A stretch of 64,000 bases of DNA from Epiperipatus broadwayi (GCA_028023455.1 JAQFVV010000011.1:2728001-2792000); one strand, 5' to 3'. Positions 1 through 13,122 are shown, counted from the first letter of the stretch. Numbers and translations: made by a program. Notes: generated from the letters alone by a model not told the origin.

Positions 1-139
1 CTACGTTCTTTAAAAGCGGGGGGGGGGGAGGTAATAGATGATTGTTATATGTTTTTTTTTTTTTCTGTGGATATAAGACTTAGATATTTAACTGATGAAC
101 AATACAGTCTTCAGATTACAAATTGAAGAATAAAAAAAT

Positions 140-380
140 GAATTTTGGAAATAAGAAGGGATTAAAAATGGAACACATGAGAGAGACCAACCTATATTAT
201 TAATATCATTTAAAAAAGAGTTTGAAATAAAAATGGACTGGAACATGCTGGTAAAAAAAGATGACAAAGATGGACAGTTGAAGTCTTAAAGTGGATCACA
301 AAGACTTTAAAAGTACTAGAAAAAATCCATATGTGAGATGGGTGAATAAGATATTGGAGTGCTGTGAAGAAACTATTGGA
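140..380 (+). mobile_element. Old RTE-type LINE 3' remnant
   Basis: ORF 291..482 KDFKSTRKNPYVRWVNKILEC matches RDCKRPRKRPHVRWMDEIRKC of the RTE copies at 38.2 and 46.2 kb; upstream aaatggactggaacatgctg aligns to KWSWAGHIA. Confidence 0.6.
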
Positions 381-581
381 GGTATTAGAAATTTGATTAA
401 TCTTGGGAAGATTTTTAGTTTAATATTGGTTGATACTGATGGTGGTATATATACACATGGAGAGAACACAAGTAGGTACTAAGTTGGTTTGTTTCTCTAT
501 TAACATGTTTGAGTCTTAATTCAAATCCGTGTTATATGAATAATATATAGTTGATGTAAAAGAAAAGTATATATATTCAAC

Positions 582-626
582 TGGCTACGAATATGAGAAG
601 TACATCTTCTTGAAAGCGCTCAGCCA
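582..626 (+). ncRNA. Minimal HHR-like motif, family B (A3/U8 core), decayed at position 4
   Basis: TGGCT-ACGAATAT-GAGAAG tacat CTTCTT-GAAA-GCGC-TC-AGCCA: stem I, variant core, 6-bp stem II, GAAA, palindromic stem III, UH site. Confidence 0.6.
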
Positions 627-926
627 TTAAATTTAATTTTCAATTTGTTGTTATAGCTTTACTTAGAAGTGTGAAAGCACGATTTAATAGTATTATATAT
701 TCATAAAGAATATGCACATATATTATAAACTTCTTTAACAAATTTTCATAGTTGAAAGAAGACTTCAATCAAAATTTGGAGAACACAATATGATACCTTT
801 ATAATACAGAATAATCACACATACTGTAATATAATCTAAAATCTTTATGTACATTTATTTGCCCTTTTATCAGTTACCTTTAATCATAAGATCTTGATTA
901 ACTTTATTTTTTATACTACATACAAG

Positions 927-929
<3 letters not shown>

Positions 930-1002
<73 letters not shown>
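930..1002. repeat. (TA)36 microsatellite
   Basis: Perfect TA run. Confidence 0.98.
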
Positions 1003-1004
<2 letters not shown>

Positions 1005-1749
1005 ACAAATAAAATGTCTATTAATTAAAAGGTATTGTAATAATAATAAAAATAATAAATATAACCATAATTAACTATTATATGGCAGTTGAAGAGGGTT
1101 AAGAAATTAACCAAAAGTTCTTCTGCAAATTGAAAAACTAAGTATATATATTTGTTTGTGCATTTAATGCTTTTAATATATACTTAAAATCCAAACATGG
1201 TTTTTCCATTCGTGTTAATTAGAAATGATTTTAAAATTCACTCAATTATTCGATGTTGTACGTTGATATTGAAACAAGCAGTCACAAGGGGGCTTGTTTA
1301 ATAATTAGCAAATATTATTTCTTTTTAATTGTGATCTGAGTGACAAGCACTGCAGGCTACTTTCTAATTTTAACGCAGAAAATAGTGAAATCATTAATGC
1401 ATTTTAAACATTTTCCACTAATATTATTCTTAATATTATATTTTCTAATATATATAATATTTACAAAACTTAAAATTGTGAGAAAGAAAAAAAAGTTTGT
1501 TCACAATTTTTTTTTTAAAAAACAACTAATTATACTTTTAATATTTTAAATACATGTATAGTATTTATATTTTGAGCTTTAGAAAGCAATTATTTAAAAA
1601 TTGCATTAATTTCATTACATAAAAAGAAAATGATCAGATGTTCAGAATATGGATTATATATTATTATGAAGCAGGATCATTGACATCTTATGCTTGGTCT
1701 TGGTGTTTTCTTGCTCATTTGGTCACATGGCTTATTGCCTACTCATTTT

Positions 1750-1888
1750 GGTGTAGTTAGTAGAGTTTCTGACTTGGGATACAAGAGGTCCCAGGATCAA
1801 CTCTGGCACTTAAATTTCTTAGTTGGTAAAGTTTCCAACTTGGGATACAAGAGGTCCCAGGATCAACTCTGGCACTCAAATTTCTTAT
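1750..1888 (+). mobile_element. tRNA-Pro-like SINE head with 66-bp tandem duplication
   Basis: Units 1765-1830 and 1831-1888; ttgggatacaagaggtcccaggatcaa resembles tRNA-Pro TTGGGTGCGAGAGGTCCCGGGTTCAA; relatives at 39278 and 48885. Confidence 0.6.
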
Positions 1889-1959
1889 GGACTCCTGAGC
1901 AATAATACCGTATGCCCTTTTTTTATTGCCTAGTTTGAAAGATCAACATTGTACAAAAT

Positions 1960-2272
1960 TTTTGATACCATAAAAATCATACTTATGGGATTAAGAAGAT
2001 CTTTAAAAATGCAGAGATAATATTTATATAGGAAACTTGATGCTGTGATCAAAACTAAAACAAAAAGAATTAAATGAATAAGTTATGAGATCTCCAGAAA
2101 AGATTGATAAGGTTGGTTATAGAAAAACTATCCTGTCCAAGATTATGATTTTGTGTTGATATAGAGAAAGATTTGAAAGTCATGGGAGAGCATGAGTAGG
2201 AATTACTTGTGAGAATAAAAAGACATGGCCAAATATTATGAAATAAGCAGCAACAAGTCTTCATGGCTTGTG

Positions 2273-2306
<34 letters not shown>

Positions 2307-2330
2307 GTAATAATAATGATGATGATGATA
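1960..2330 (+). mobile_element. Degenerate RTE-like LINE 3' end with (TAA)n/(TGA)n tail
   Basis: Broken frames TKRIK*, MRSPEK, DIEKDLKVMG, SLHGL*, then a trinucleotide tail at 2278-2330. Confidence 0.5.
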
Positions 2331-3343
2331 AAGAAGAATGAAATGAAGAAGAAAAAGAACTTCAAGAACTACCAGATTGTCTTTCATTCTACTTCATAGT
2401 AAGACACAAAATTATTATGGATCACAAAGATTTATTAACAAAGAAGTGGATCATTTTTCCAATATAAAATTCTGAGTTTATTCTTTGTTTTGAAAATGAT
2501 TTTGAAGATAGCAAATTAGAGCAGTACAAAGTGAAATTATTTTATTATGATTTTTCATTTAGAAATAATGAATAATCTGTTATCACATTTTGTGATTAAA
2601 ACTTAATTCTTAAATCTCTAAGTAATATATTATTTATTAATTAGCTGATGAAGTTATTCATTTGGAAATTTAAATCATATGGAAAAACTTATTTTATTTT
2701 TTCAATCTAATTTAACTTTTTTAAAGTGGCAGAGTAATATATAATAATACAAATCTCATCTTCTTCATCCTTTTATTTATTCATATAAAATCTCCCATAA
2801 AACTAATCTCCATTTCAAAGTTGCTTTATTTTTTTTCCTTAAGACAATTTTTTTTCTCCTACCTCTTTTCATTTCATTCTCATAACTCTTTATGATGTGT
2901 CCATCATAATTCTTTCATGTTTAAGAACATATTTAATTCCTCTTCTGATCCTTGCTATTTCTATTTGTATTCTTTCAAATTATCTACCCTATATACTTTT
3001 AAATCTATATCTGCAGAACCCCCAATTCTATATTGCCTTTTTAAGCAATTAAGTATCTGTTTAAAAGATTCTGAAACATTGGGATATGTTTAATTTCATA
3101 TCTTCATTGAAAAGCGATTTATTATGGCAATTCTTACATTTTTTAGTTGCTAAAATTTTTTTGTTAGTTAATCAGATTCCCAAGTATTTAAAGGTCATTA
3201 ATCTAAGGAATGGTGCTCTTTGTATAATAACCAATACATTTGACACACCCATAACTTGAATTCAATTAAATGGAAATGAAATTTTTTCAGCTTATCTGAA
3301 AAAGTTAGTTCATAACTAATTAATTAACTGACAGAAAATAGTC

Positions 3344-3446
3344 TTTTTTTTTTTAAGTGTCATAGCATCGGCCAGGACGTGAACTCGCAACCCAGGCAAC
3401 TGCCTGCAAGTGCAAGGCAGTCACGCTATCCTCTCGACCACCAACA
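3344..3446 (-). mobile_element. Short tRNA-derived SINE (class II-like), copy 1
   Basis: Reverse complement has TGGTCGAGAGG and GTTCACGTCC boxes, ends cgatgctatgacac plus poly(A); TSD aaaatagtctttt (3335-3347) / aaaatagactttt (3447-3459). Confidence 0.8.
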
Positions 3447-3559
3447 AAAATAGACTTTTAGTTGAAAATTATTCACTTTTTGTTTGACTTGAATCCTAAG
3501 TTTGAAGTCATCAATACAATATAGGAAAAATATCATCTCTCTATTAGTGAAGAAAGCTG

Positions 3560-4500
3560 GCTTGGTGATAATGAAGATAGTTAATACCTTATATTTACTT
3601 ATCTGCTTTAAATATCATCTGCAAAAATATCAAAAATCATAATGATCCACTCTACATGTTTTTGATCCTTCTCATTCTTTTATTATTGACCATGAATGCT
3701 TAAAGTTTAGGTACATCATTTATACATGCAAGTGCTGTTATACAATTAGCATAATTGATATAAATTTGTTTCTAAGCTGCTCAATCCTTTTTATTCCTTA
3801 TGCATCTCTTTTATTAAACAAGTCCTTAAACAGTTTATGTTTTCCTTCACTTTTAACAATGTTTTTAATTTAAATACTTGCTCCATAGAGCTACTTGTAA
3901 ACTGGTTTCAAAGATCACTTTACCACTTTCATAATATATCATTATTTAAACTGCTACAATTTGATTTATAAGTGTCAAATTTTTTGCACTCACATAGACC
4001 CCATTCCCTTTATGTAAGTACATTAATGACTATTACTAATTACTTATTAGGCTAGACATTATCATATCATTTTTAGCTGAAAGGTAAACTCTAAATCCAA
4101 TTGCATAATTATATATATCTGTTTTCTGAGCTTCTTTTCACATTTTGTTCAAACAATCTTCATTTTTATTTGCATTTACAATAATTATTTAGCCCTCTAT
4201 TATTTATATGCTTTTTTCTTAACATTTTTTAAAATTTTGTCAATACCCTATTTTTTCTGGTTTTGCTAATATTTACTTAAAATTTTAATATCATGATCTA
4301 TTTCTGATTCAAATCCATAATAATTCCAGTATGTGCAGTTTACTTTTAATCTAAAACTTCTCAAATTTGCTTTAATCAAAACTAAAGCCCATTGAATGAA
4401 TAATATTTCTGCAATGTAATTTTCACTATCCGCTTTTAACACCTAATAAAAATTATTAAAGACTATTGAAATATGTTTCTATTATTTGAAAGTTTTCATG
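3560..4500 (-). pseudogene. Heavily degenerate non-LTR reverse transcriptase
   Basis: FADDI at 3611-3625 on minus; upstream CINDVP and MEQVFKLKTLLK remnants in RT order; many stops. Confidence 0.5.
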
Positions 4501-4743
4501 AGTAAATTCTTATCTAGTTATTTTAAAATCATTTGGTATCATTACTATTTTTTCTATAAAAACTATCAATCTTTTAATTCACTTATTTTTTATCTTTCAT
4601 TTTGCTAAAAGTTTAGTTCTGTTTTCTTCCTAGAACAGCATTTCATTCAGAATTAATATACAATATTATTTTTTGAAGACATAAGAAGATGAGAATAAAT
4701 GGTGTTGAAGTAGAAAACCCAAAGTTGTAAATTCAGCTTGAAA

Positions 4744-4847
4744 TCAAGCATTGGTGGTCCAGAGGTCAGTGACAGCTGCTTTACATTTGTCCCGGGTTAG
4801 CGGGTTCACTTCTCAGCTGATGCTATGACACATGAGAAAAAAAAAAA
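4744..4847 (+). mobile_element. Short tRNA-derived SINE, copy 2
   Basis: tcaagcattggtggtccagaggtc...gggttcacttc...tgatgctatgacacatgag plus A-tail; same ends as copies at 3.4, 34.5 and 51.8 kb. Confidence 0.75.
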
Positions 4848-5189
4848 TTAAAAAAAATTAAAATAACAATATCATAGAACAATAATTGTGGTATTAAATA
4901 AAATAACATAATATTGGGAAAATATAATTACTTGAATTTATGATTTTTAAAATTTTAAGGAAAATAAAAAGACAATATAATAAAAATATTACTAATTTAA
5001 TATAGGATGCAGAAATAAATAATAGTGTAATTATATAATAATATTGACAAGATATGATGTGACTGATAAATAATAATAATCTGAAAATACAAGTGTGAAC
5101 TTATCTTATGGCTGTGCTATTTATAAATATATTTAACTTTATTATAAGAAGATGATGTAAGATTATTGAGAAGTGCTGGGTAGTTGAAA

Positions 5190-5935
5190 AATTTGAAAAG
5201 GAAAATAAATAATATTAATGCTCTAGGATTAAGTGGAGGTGAGTAGTATGTGAAAAAGTAAATAATGGAGATGTTATTTTATTCTGGTGTTGATAAAGCA
5301 GTAAATAGAGTTAGTATTGCTGTTGAAAATAAAATTTGCATTAATGTGGGAAAAGCATATTGTGTTAACAATACGTTTTAGGGTTTGATATTCACACAGG
5401 TTTATATGCCAGCTACCAGTCATGCTGATATTGAAAGTGATGAGTAATATGAAAAGTTAGAGAAAATTAATCAACATTAGAGTAAAAATGTATGCATAAA
5501 ATCTTTTGTGGACTTTTGAAGTAAAAAGTAATGAAAAAATTAATTATCATGTAAGAGGTGTTTTATTGTATGGTTGTGAAAACTGGGCAGTGACTTAAAA
5601 AAGGGAACTGATTGGAAGAGATGGTCATAGCAAATGAATAAAATGACAAATGAAAAAGTTTTGGAAAGAGTAAATGAAAAAAGAATACAGATTGAGCAAA
5701 TTACAGATAGAAAGAGAAACTAGATTTGGAATTATATAGTTTAATGAAAGAAGTTTCAGAGTGAATAGTAAATAAAAACAAAAAAAAAAGGATAGAAAAG
5801 ATAGACCTTGCTGTGTGATATAAAAATGAGATGAGATATGTGAAATTGAAGATATGGATGGAGAAATGAATGAACTTGTGATGTGACTGCTGTATGATCC
5901 TGTCTGAAGAACAGAATAATATTGATGATGATGCT
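5190..5935 (+). mobile_element. Internally deleted RTE-type LINE remnant
   Basis: APE-like QVYMPATSHADIESDE*YEKLE followed closely by 3' motifs VLLYGCENWAV and TNEKVLERVNEKR; (GAT)n tail near 5925. Confidence 0.6.
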
Positions 5936-6778
5936 AGCAAGATGGTTATCAACATTAGCAGCCACTAGTAAATGTATGGCCATTTTAACTTTTAGAAATA
6001 ACAAAAAAACAATGAAAAAAAGACAAAATAAATAATGAAATAAATAAAAACTTAGAGAGCTAAGAAAGAGAATTGACTTCAGTCAGAATTGTTATACATA
6101 TAAAGAATGAAGCACACAATCTCTCTTATCAAGGGAAGAATAATGATGTGAGAGGCGAAGGCAACAATATAAAAAAATGGTAAGAGAATGAGATAATAAT
6201 GATTAATTTAATGTCATATCTTTTATTGCAGTGATAGAATGGTAGATTTTGAAGATCATGGGCAAGGGAATGTAATTATAGCATTGCCACTACTAGTGCT
6301 CAAATTTTTATGTTCATCTAAGGAATAAGCTATTTAATTATTTTTTAAATTAATTTAATTATAAATATTAGTAATTAATTAAGCTAAGAATGATAATTTC
6401 CATTCATCTTTCATTCACTAAAGATATGATTAAAAGCACAAGGAAGTTTAAAAAAAAAGCCCTAAAGGTTTGGACATAAGCCTATTTGTTTGCATAGTTA
6501 TATAGATCTAACACCAGATGAATTTCCTATATTTAGAAACCCCAGTTCTCCTTTTCTAAGAAGATTACTACCAACAATGTCACATGACATTGGCAAGTAG
6601 AGTGAAGGCAACTATTCTTAAAAGCATATGAGTAAACCTATGAAAAAGTCGTGTGATATTGTTGTTGATATTAATTTTTGAAAATTTTATTATCTTTTTA
6701 TTTGAGTTATTACTTCAGAAGCAATTTATATATTAACTGCTATCACATTTAAGCAACAAATATAATTCTCAGGCTTAC

Positions 6779-6841
6779 AAAGGTTGTGAGACAGTCAAAG
6801 AATTTTCTACTATTCGCCCATATAAAATTTTTAAAGAACTC
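6779..6841 (-). CDS. Possible host exon, 63 nt, unidentified
   Basis: Acceptor cttttcag and donor gtaagc; two open frames (EFFKNFIWANSRKFFDCLTTF or SSLKILYGRIVENSLTVSQP); no family recognised. Confidence 0.25.
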
Positions 6842-8394
6842 CTGAAAAGTAATAGAATGAGCTACTTGATAATAATCGCCGAATCTGTTTTTCATTAAAA
6901 ATCATTGTTACTTTTACAGTTATAGGTTTGATAATCAGTCTAAAAAACATCTGTAACCAATCAAACCCTTTAGACTTGTTCTGCGCCCCCCTCCCTCCTA
7001 GAAAACTTTGTAATTACATTTTAAACTATCATTGAGTATAACATTTCAAAGACCAATCTCTTTACACAACCATTTCATTAGGTGAGTCAGAAATTTGAAA
7101 TATCTAAACATTAGCATAGAAATGATATTGAAAGAGGAAGGACTGTGGAAGCATTGATATGATAAACATCATATCTATACACTATTAATTGCTAAAGCGT
7201 TCTATCTTAAAAACCAAAATGTTATAATTAAGATATGTGTAAGTGGAAAATATAACTACCAATTCTGTGTGGATTTTTGTTTGTTTCAAACTTTTGGCTT
7301 AAATGACAATCGGAGGTTGTTCCATGAAATGCGTATATAATGACAGAGGTTGGATTATGAAATTTTATACTGGACATAATCTTACAACTTTATAAGAAAT
7401 CTTTGAGGAGGAATATATTGTAAATCTAAGAAATTTGACTGTTTCTTTTTTTCAATATATGTAAATAATTATATGAGTTGTAAAAAGAAAAAAATCTGTA
7501 AAGATAATTGAATGGTTCAGAATTTCATAATAAGTTCGGGTACGGTAACTAATGGAGTAGAACCATGATCTATGGACCATGAACTCCCGAGTCCACGACT
7601 TTATCACCATCTTATACAACGCAGGGCAAAAATAATCCCAAAAAGTCCTGAGTAGGTATGCTATTAATGTTTTCATATGTAAGTATGTGTTGATATGTTT
7701 TAAAAATGTAGGAAAGATAGGGTTAATAACGATGAAAGAATAAAAATGAAAAGTAATCATTTATTAGGGAAATTATGGAGCTAGGAGAAAAATTGAATTG
7801 GGCGCATTTATAAGAGAACTAAGAAGAATATGTTGGAAGAGTGGGTGAAGGATAAGAGGGCGAGAGATAGCAAATGAAGTATATAATATCAAGCCTCTAA
7901 ATGATGATAATATAATATACTTTGTAATTACTATAGTTTCAATCATTTAAATTGGAAAATATATAATATGAATAGAGCAATATTTGTTTTGTTATTTTAA
8001 AATAGATTTATTAGCTCTAAAATTAAAATAGATAAATTAAAAAAAAGGCAAAGTTATTATTAGAAATAGTGAGTACGATCATTAAACTAAAAAATAAATA
8101 AATAATATAAGTCATGGTTTTGTAAATTACAACTATATAAATGTGAAGTTGTTCTCTGAAGAGACTTTGGTATTGTTTAACAATTGCTTCTTATAAAGGA
8201 GTTTCTTTCTGATGAACAAACTCTTCAGGTCTCCGAGAAACTTTAGATCTTGATTGCTTTGAGGTTAAAAGGAAGAAATAGAGGAAAACAAGAAAAAAAG
8301 ATATTAATTGCTACAATGATAAATACTCTTATCAAAGATCTGTACTAAAGAATAGCCTATCAATTTTCTATTGATGTAAACAACTTGTCTATGT

Positions 8395-8720
8395 CTATAA
8401 TATACGCATGCGCATTCAAATACGTCTTTCTTTTTTTATATATATTTACATCATTTTAATAACATCGTTTAAAACATCATTATACATTAACCCCAAAACA
8501 TGTACACACACTCAGATTGTCTTTCTTTTTTTTATATTTAACTCATTCTAAGTGTGTGCACGCGCAGTCTTTTCTTTTTTAGCTTTTCTAATTTTAATTG
8601 TAACTCGCTATTTAATTTACTAGCGCAGTATTCGTACGTAAATTTTACAGTAATAAATAGGCAATGTGCTGAAGGGGGGAAAAAAGATGGAGTCAAGCCT
8701 TAAACGATCCGGGATTAAAA
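8395..8720. promoter_or_regulatory. CpG-retaining patch, possible promoter
   Basis: CpG cluster in a depleted background; NRF1-like ACGCATGCGCA at 8404-8414. Confidence 0.25.
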
Positions 8721-10640
8721 CTACTCTGCCATTTTTGATGCTTGATTATTCTGAGTGGCAAACCATTTGATAAACATTTATTTAATTAGATTATTGTATA
8801 CCCGACTTGCAAATTGTATTTACTAGAATTTATTGCGTAATAATAATATATAAGCTTGTTATGCCCATAACCTAAGTTTGAATCTATATCAAGTAAAACT
8901 TTAACAATTTGGATTAAAATCAAACCTTATTCCAGTAATGTTTAGGATTTTTTTAGATAGTTTAATTTAGTCTACCCAATTAACGTTCTAATATCAGATA
9001 GTAAATGAATATCTGTCTATATTTAGCTAAAATGGGAAAGATTAAATAATGTTCAAATCTCTTCAGCACTGGTGAATGGCAGTCAAGTATTAATACAATC
9101 TATTTCATTGTTCATTTTGTGAGCTTTGATGAAATTTTTTATCTTATGGTGAACTACGTAAATGCTATTTAACTTGTAATTGTACTTTAATAATAAATTT
9201 TCTATACAAGGTATTGTCAAAGATCAATTCATTGATATTAAAAATCAATAAATAAATTGCCTGTGATGATGATCAAATGTTTATATGTTCGATCCCTGTA
9301 CACTTCTGACAAGAGTCTCTTTACATCAGGTACACCAATTTTTGACAAATAACATCCTCACAAATGTTTACAGTGAAGAACTTTTATGCATAAAATATAT
9401 TGCATAAACACTAAATACTCGATTTATCATATGATAATTTGCACAGAAAGTCAAATGGTCTTTAACCTATTAAACAGGTTTCTTTATTCTACTTTATTAT
9501 TGTGCTAATTAAAACAACTTTCAATGTAAAATTGAAAATATATTATCAATGATATTCCAATTACTGGAGAACATTTTGCTTTTAAATTGTAATTTAATTA
9601 GACATATTAATTTTTTAATACATTATTATATCAATTTTTCCATTAACAGAGGCTGTTTCTATAATATATATAAACATAAAAATATACTAATTTTACATTA
9701 CTGTTAGGGTTTGTCTAAAAAGCAGTTTCTGCTGGACTATTTTTATTGATCATTTAGTTAAAGAAAAATATGAAGAAATTAGTATAATATGGACAATTAA
9801 TTTAGATCTATGACATTACTCTTGTTTATGACAGAAAAAATGACCATAAGGTATTTACTTTCCTCTAGTCTAGTTTTTATGCAAAGTTTTTGCAATAGAA
9901 GAAATATGATTTTTTGCTTATTTATAAAATATTTTTGATTATTTTTACACACTAATTGGTTGATTATTATTTAAAACAAAAAGAAATACACACACTCAAT
10001 TTATTTATTTATTTATCTTTTATTTTTAGAAATAAAAGTTAATAAATTTAGCCATAATATAAAGATAAAAATCCACAATGTCTATTATGTTATTATGTGT
10101 CAGAATTGACATAATGTTAAAATATTTTCAAATATTGTCATTATTGTAAATAAAATATCAGATTTTAAAACAGAATTTGATGGATTAATTGTAAATCTAC
10201 ATTTATTTATATAAAATATATATTTATTCATTTTCTGAAAGAGAATTTACACTAGTTGTTGACCCAGTACATTGTTTTTACTTACAAGTCAGTTTTTAAA
10301 TATTTAAAAAGTTAAGTGTTATTTTTTAGATTATTATTTATTTACTCAATTAAATTAAAAACGAATCAGATCCAACTTAATGAGTTGTAATTCAATGTAA
10401 ACATGTTCACTGTGTCTATTAAGAAAGTAATTATTTTTTGTCCATAAATAATATGCTTAGCATGCTTTCAATTTATGTCCATAGCAGTACAACATTATAA
10501 CAGGGGATGTCTGTTATATCAGGATATTAAAATATTCCCTGCAAAAATGTAAATTATTTAATTTACATAATCCACTTTTTGACAAAGGGATACAAATCTC
10601 TCTTATTAGTAGCATACACATTATTGGCTATTACAAATGC

Positions 10641-11068
10641 TGAAATTAAATTGAAAGGCTGCAAAACCTTTCATGCTTATTATAATGTTTATCTGATAGC
10701 CAATCAGATGTTATGATGGCTGTCTGAATAATGATCAAAATGTAAACACAAGACAAAGAATTTTACAAGAAAAGGGCAGTCCACCCTTTTCTTTACTTGT
10801 CTTTCTATATATATGATCCAGTCTGAAGTATTTAGGTTTGAAAGTGTGAAGCTTTAAATATCTTCACATTTAACTCACTGAGTCTAAATTACAAACATAC
10901 AGCGTGAAATCCTACGATTTACTATGCAGTAGTTTTTAGATGTTATAACTTGCAGTTATGTATGTAAATAATATTTATTTTATATAAAGCACAGATAGTT
11001 AGTTGAAATTAAATTGAAAGGCTGTAAACCTTTTGCACTTACTATAATACTTATCTGACAGCCAATCA
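10641..11068. repeat. ~65-bp direct repeat pair
   Basis: tgaaattaaattgaaaggctg...agccaatca at 10641-10706 and 11004-11068. Confidence 0.6.
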
Positions 11069-11454
11069 AGAAAAGAACTTAATTAAATACTGAATTATTG
11101 AGTTTTATTATAAAATAAACATTTTATACAGCAGTAAAAGGTTGAGCATTTTCAAAAACTCACCAGGTGGACAAAAAAAACCATCAAAATTCAAGAATGT
11201 CTCATAAAGTAAGTTTTATATATAGAGAGAGTTTATTAATTGAGGAATCAACATTTTTTAATTATTTTTTTTATGAGCTATGAATTACATTTTAATATGC
11301 ACACTTACATTAAAAAAGAGGAATATCATAACATAACTTTATTCTTAAATGCTTTTTAATGCTTATAAATCTGTATCCTGAAAATAAGTCTTTAAAGTTT
11401 GAACTTTTATATTTGTCTGAAGGTTTGTGATTGATGGTATATTATTGGATGTGA

Positions 11455-11640
11455 TATGTTGGATTAATTCCATCATCTATGAGTGAATGTTGAAGAGTGG
11501 AGAACTCAAAACGTTGTGTAATTACTAATCTATGTTGTCTATTTGTGTGTTATTATTAACAAGTTGTTTGTATTTGGAAAGTTTAAATAAAGTTTAAAAT
11601 TTTCTATTCACTCATAGGTGATGGAAATAGTTCAACACAT
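11455..11640 (+). mobile_element. Fold-back element of the TTGGACTATTTCCATCATCTA family with decayed family-C HHR
   Basis: Arms tatgttggattaattccatcatctatgagtgaat / attcactcataggtgatggaaatagttcaacacat; internal ttgaaga...ctcaaaacgttgtg. Confidence 0.7.
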
Positions 11641-11884
11641 CACATTTGAACTTTTATGGTTTGTTTTAAATTTTGTAAATATATAAAGCAGTGTTTTAAA
11701 AATGTAGATCTGTTTTCACTTGTAAATAGAGTTGTTTTAATACTGTTTGTGTGTATGTCTGTATATATATATAATGGTTATTTATTAATAAATGTAAAGT
11801 AACAAAACTGTTTGTTTTTCTAAAAATAATAATAATGATACTATCAACAATTTATTTTTTTAATATTTAAAAAAAAAACAGGTA

Positions 11885-12710
11885 TATTTTATATACCTGG
11901 AGTCTAGATGTAACATAGGTGATTTTAACACAGACTTTCAATCTTGCTTCAGCCAATGATTCTATCTCATACAACCAATACTCATGACCACACACATGTG
12001 AAAAGGATAAATGATCTCCAATATACATATTTCATGCTGAATCCCAAAGTCATCAGTTAGTCCAGATTACCATCTTCCACACATGTATATAATTAGTACT
12101 CAGTTTGTTTATATTAATATAGTAAACCTTCACATTTTAATGGACAGGCTTCAATTCCCTCCATCCTCCAACCCCCCCAGCCTTCCAAACCATTGAAAAT
12201 CTGATGATTTCATATCCAAATGCCTTGTTAATGCCAGTATTATTTCCATGCTCAGATTGGTTTTAAGTCTCTCTGACACCTCATGTATAGGACCTTGCCC
12301 ATTTAAATACACAGGAGAGAGATGGACAGAATAAGGCTTAATTTGTAATATTTTAAAACACAAGTATATTTTATATACCTGAAGTCTAGATGCAATATAG
12401 GCAATTAGTTTAAGCTTCCTTCAGCTATCCACTCTATCTTATAGAACACATACACATGAACACACACATGTGAAAAAGATAAATGATCTCCAATATAGTT
12501 ATTTCATGCTGAACTAGCACTCATCAGTTGATCCAGATTATCATCTCTCACACATATATAATCAGTGCTTAGTTTATATTAAGATAGCAAATCTTTACAC
12601 TTTAATGAACTAGCTTCAATCCACTCCACCCTCCAATCCTCAGCTATCCACACCACTGAAAATTTGATGATAAAATGTTCAAATCCCTTTTAAATGCCAT
12701 TATTATTTTT
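11885..12710 (-). mobile_element. Penelope-like 3' remnants in tandem (family A)
   Basis: Broken GIY-YIG C-terminus (MRCQRDLK, NHQIF, WRMEGIEAC) between two HHR motifs at 12017-12062 and 12489-12532. Confidence 0.75.
12489..12532 (-). ncRNA. Minimal HHR, family A
   Basis: TCAA-CTGATGA-GTGCT agttc AGCAT-GAAA-TAACTA-TA-TTGG. Confidence 0.7.
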
Positions 12711-12991
12711 ATGTTACTTACTTCATATATGTGGTGTGTATAAAGATGTTGGACAACTGACAAGGGCTAATTCAACCAGAAATAAATGTTGGAAATCATT
12801 TGCATTTTTTTATATGTTTTTATTTATTACATGTTTCAAGTATGGGTTAAGATAAAAAGTTTTATAGTATCTAAAATATCATGCATGAATATAAAAAGAC
12901 AAGATTGCCTTATAAATGATATATTAATTTTTAATTACATTAATGTCTGGTCTAAATTTAAATAACAATCTTTAGTCCAATAAATGTTTAG

Positions 12992-13122
12992 TAATAACTG
13001 TTAACATATTTGTCAAATGAATGCATTTAATGATATCACATTATAAATTGAATTGTGAATAACTGTTGATATATTTGTCAAATAAGTGAATTTAATAACA
13101 TTATAATGTAAATTGAATTGTA
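12992..13122. repeat. ~66-bp tandem duplication
   Basis: aataactgtt...aaattgaattgt twice in tandem. Confidence 0.7.

Noticed and set aside
2700-3200. Additional RT remnant on minus
   Set aside because: Only vague motif echoes; no YADD-type anchor.
7490-7660. Integrase-like NGSEFHNK and SPSYTTQG fragments
   Set aside because: Too short and broken to distinguish from chance.
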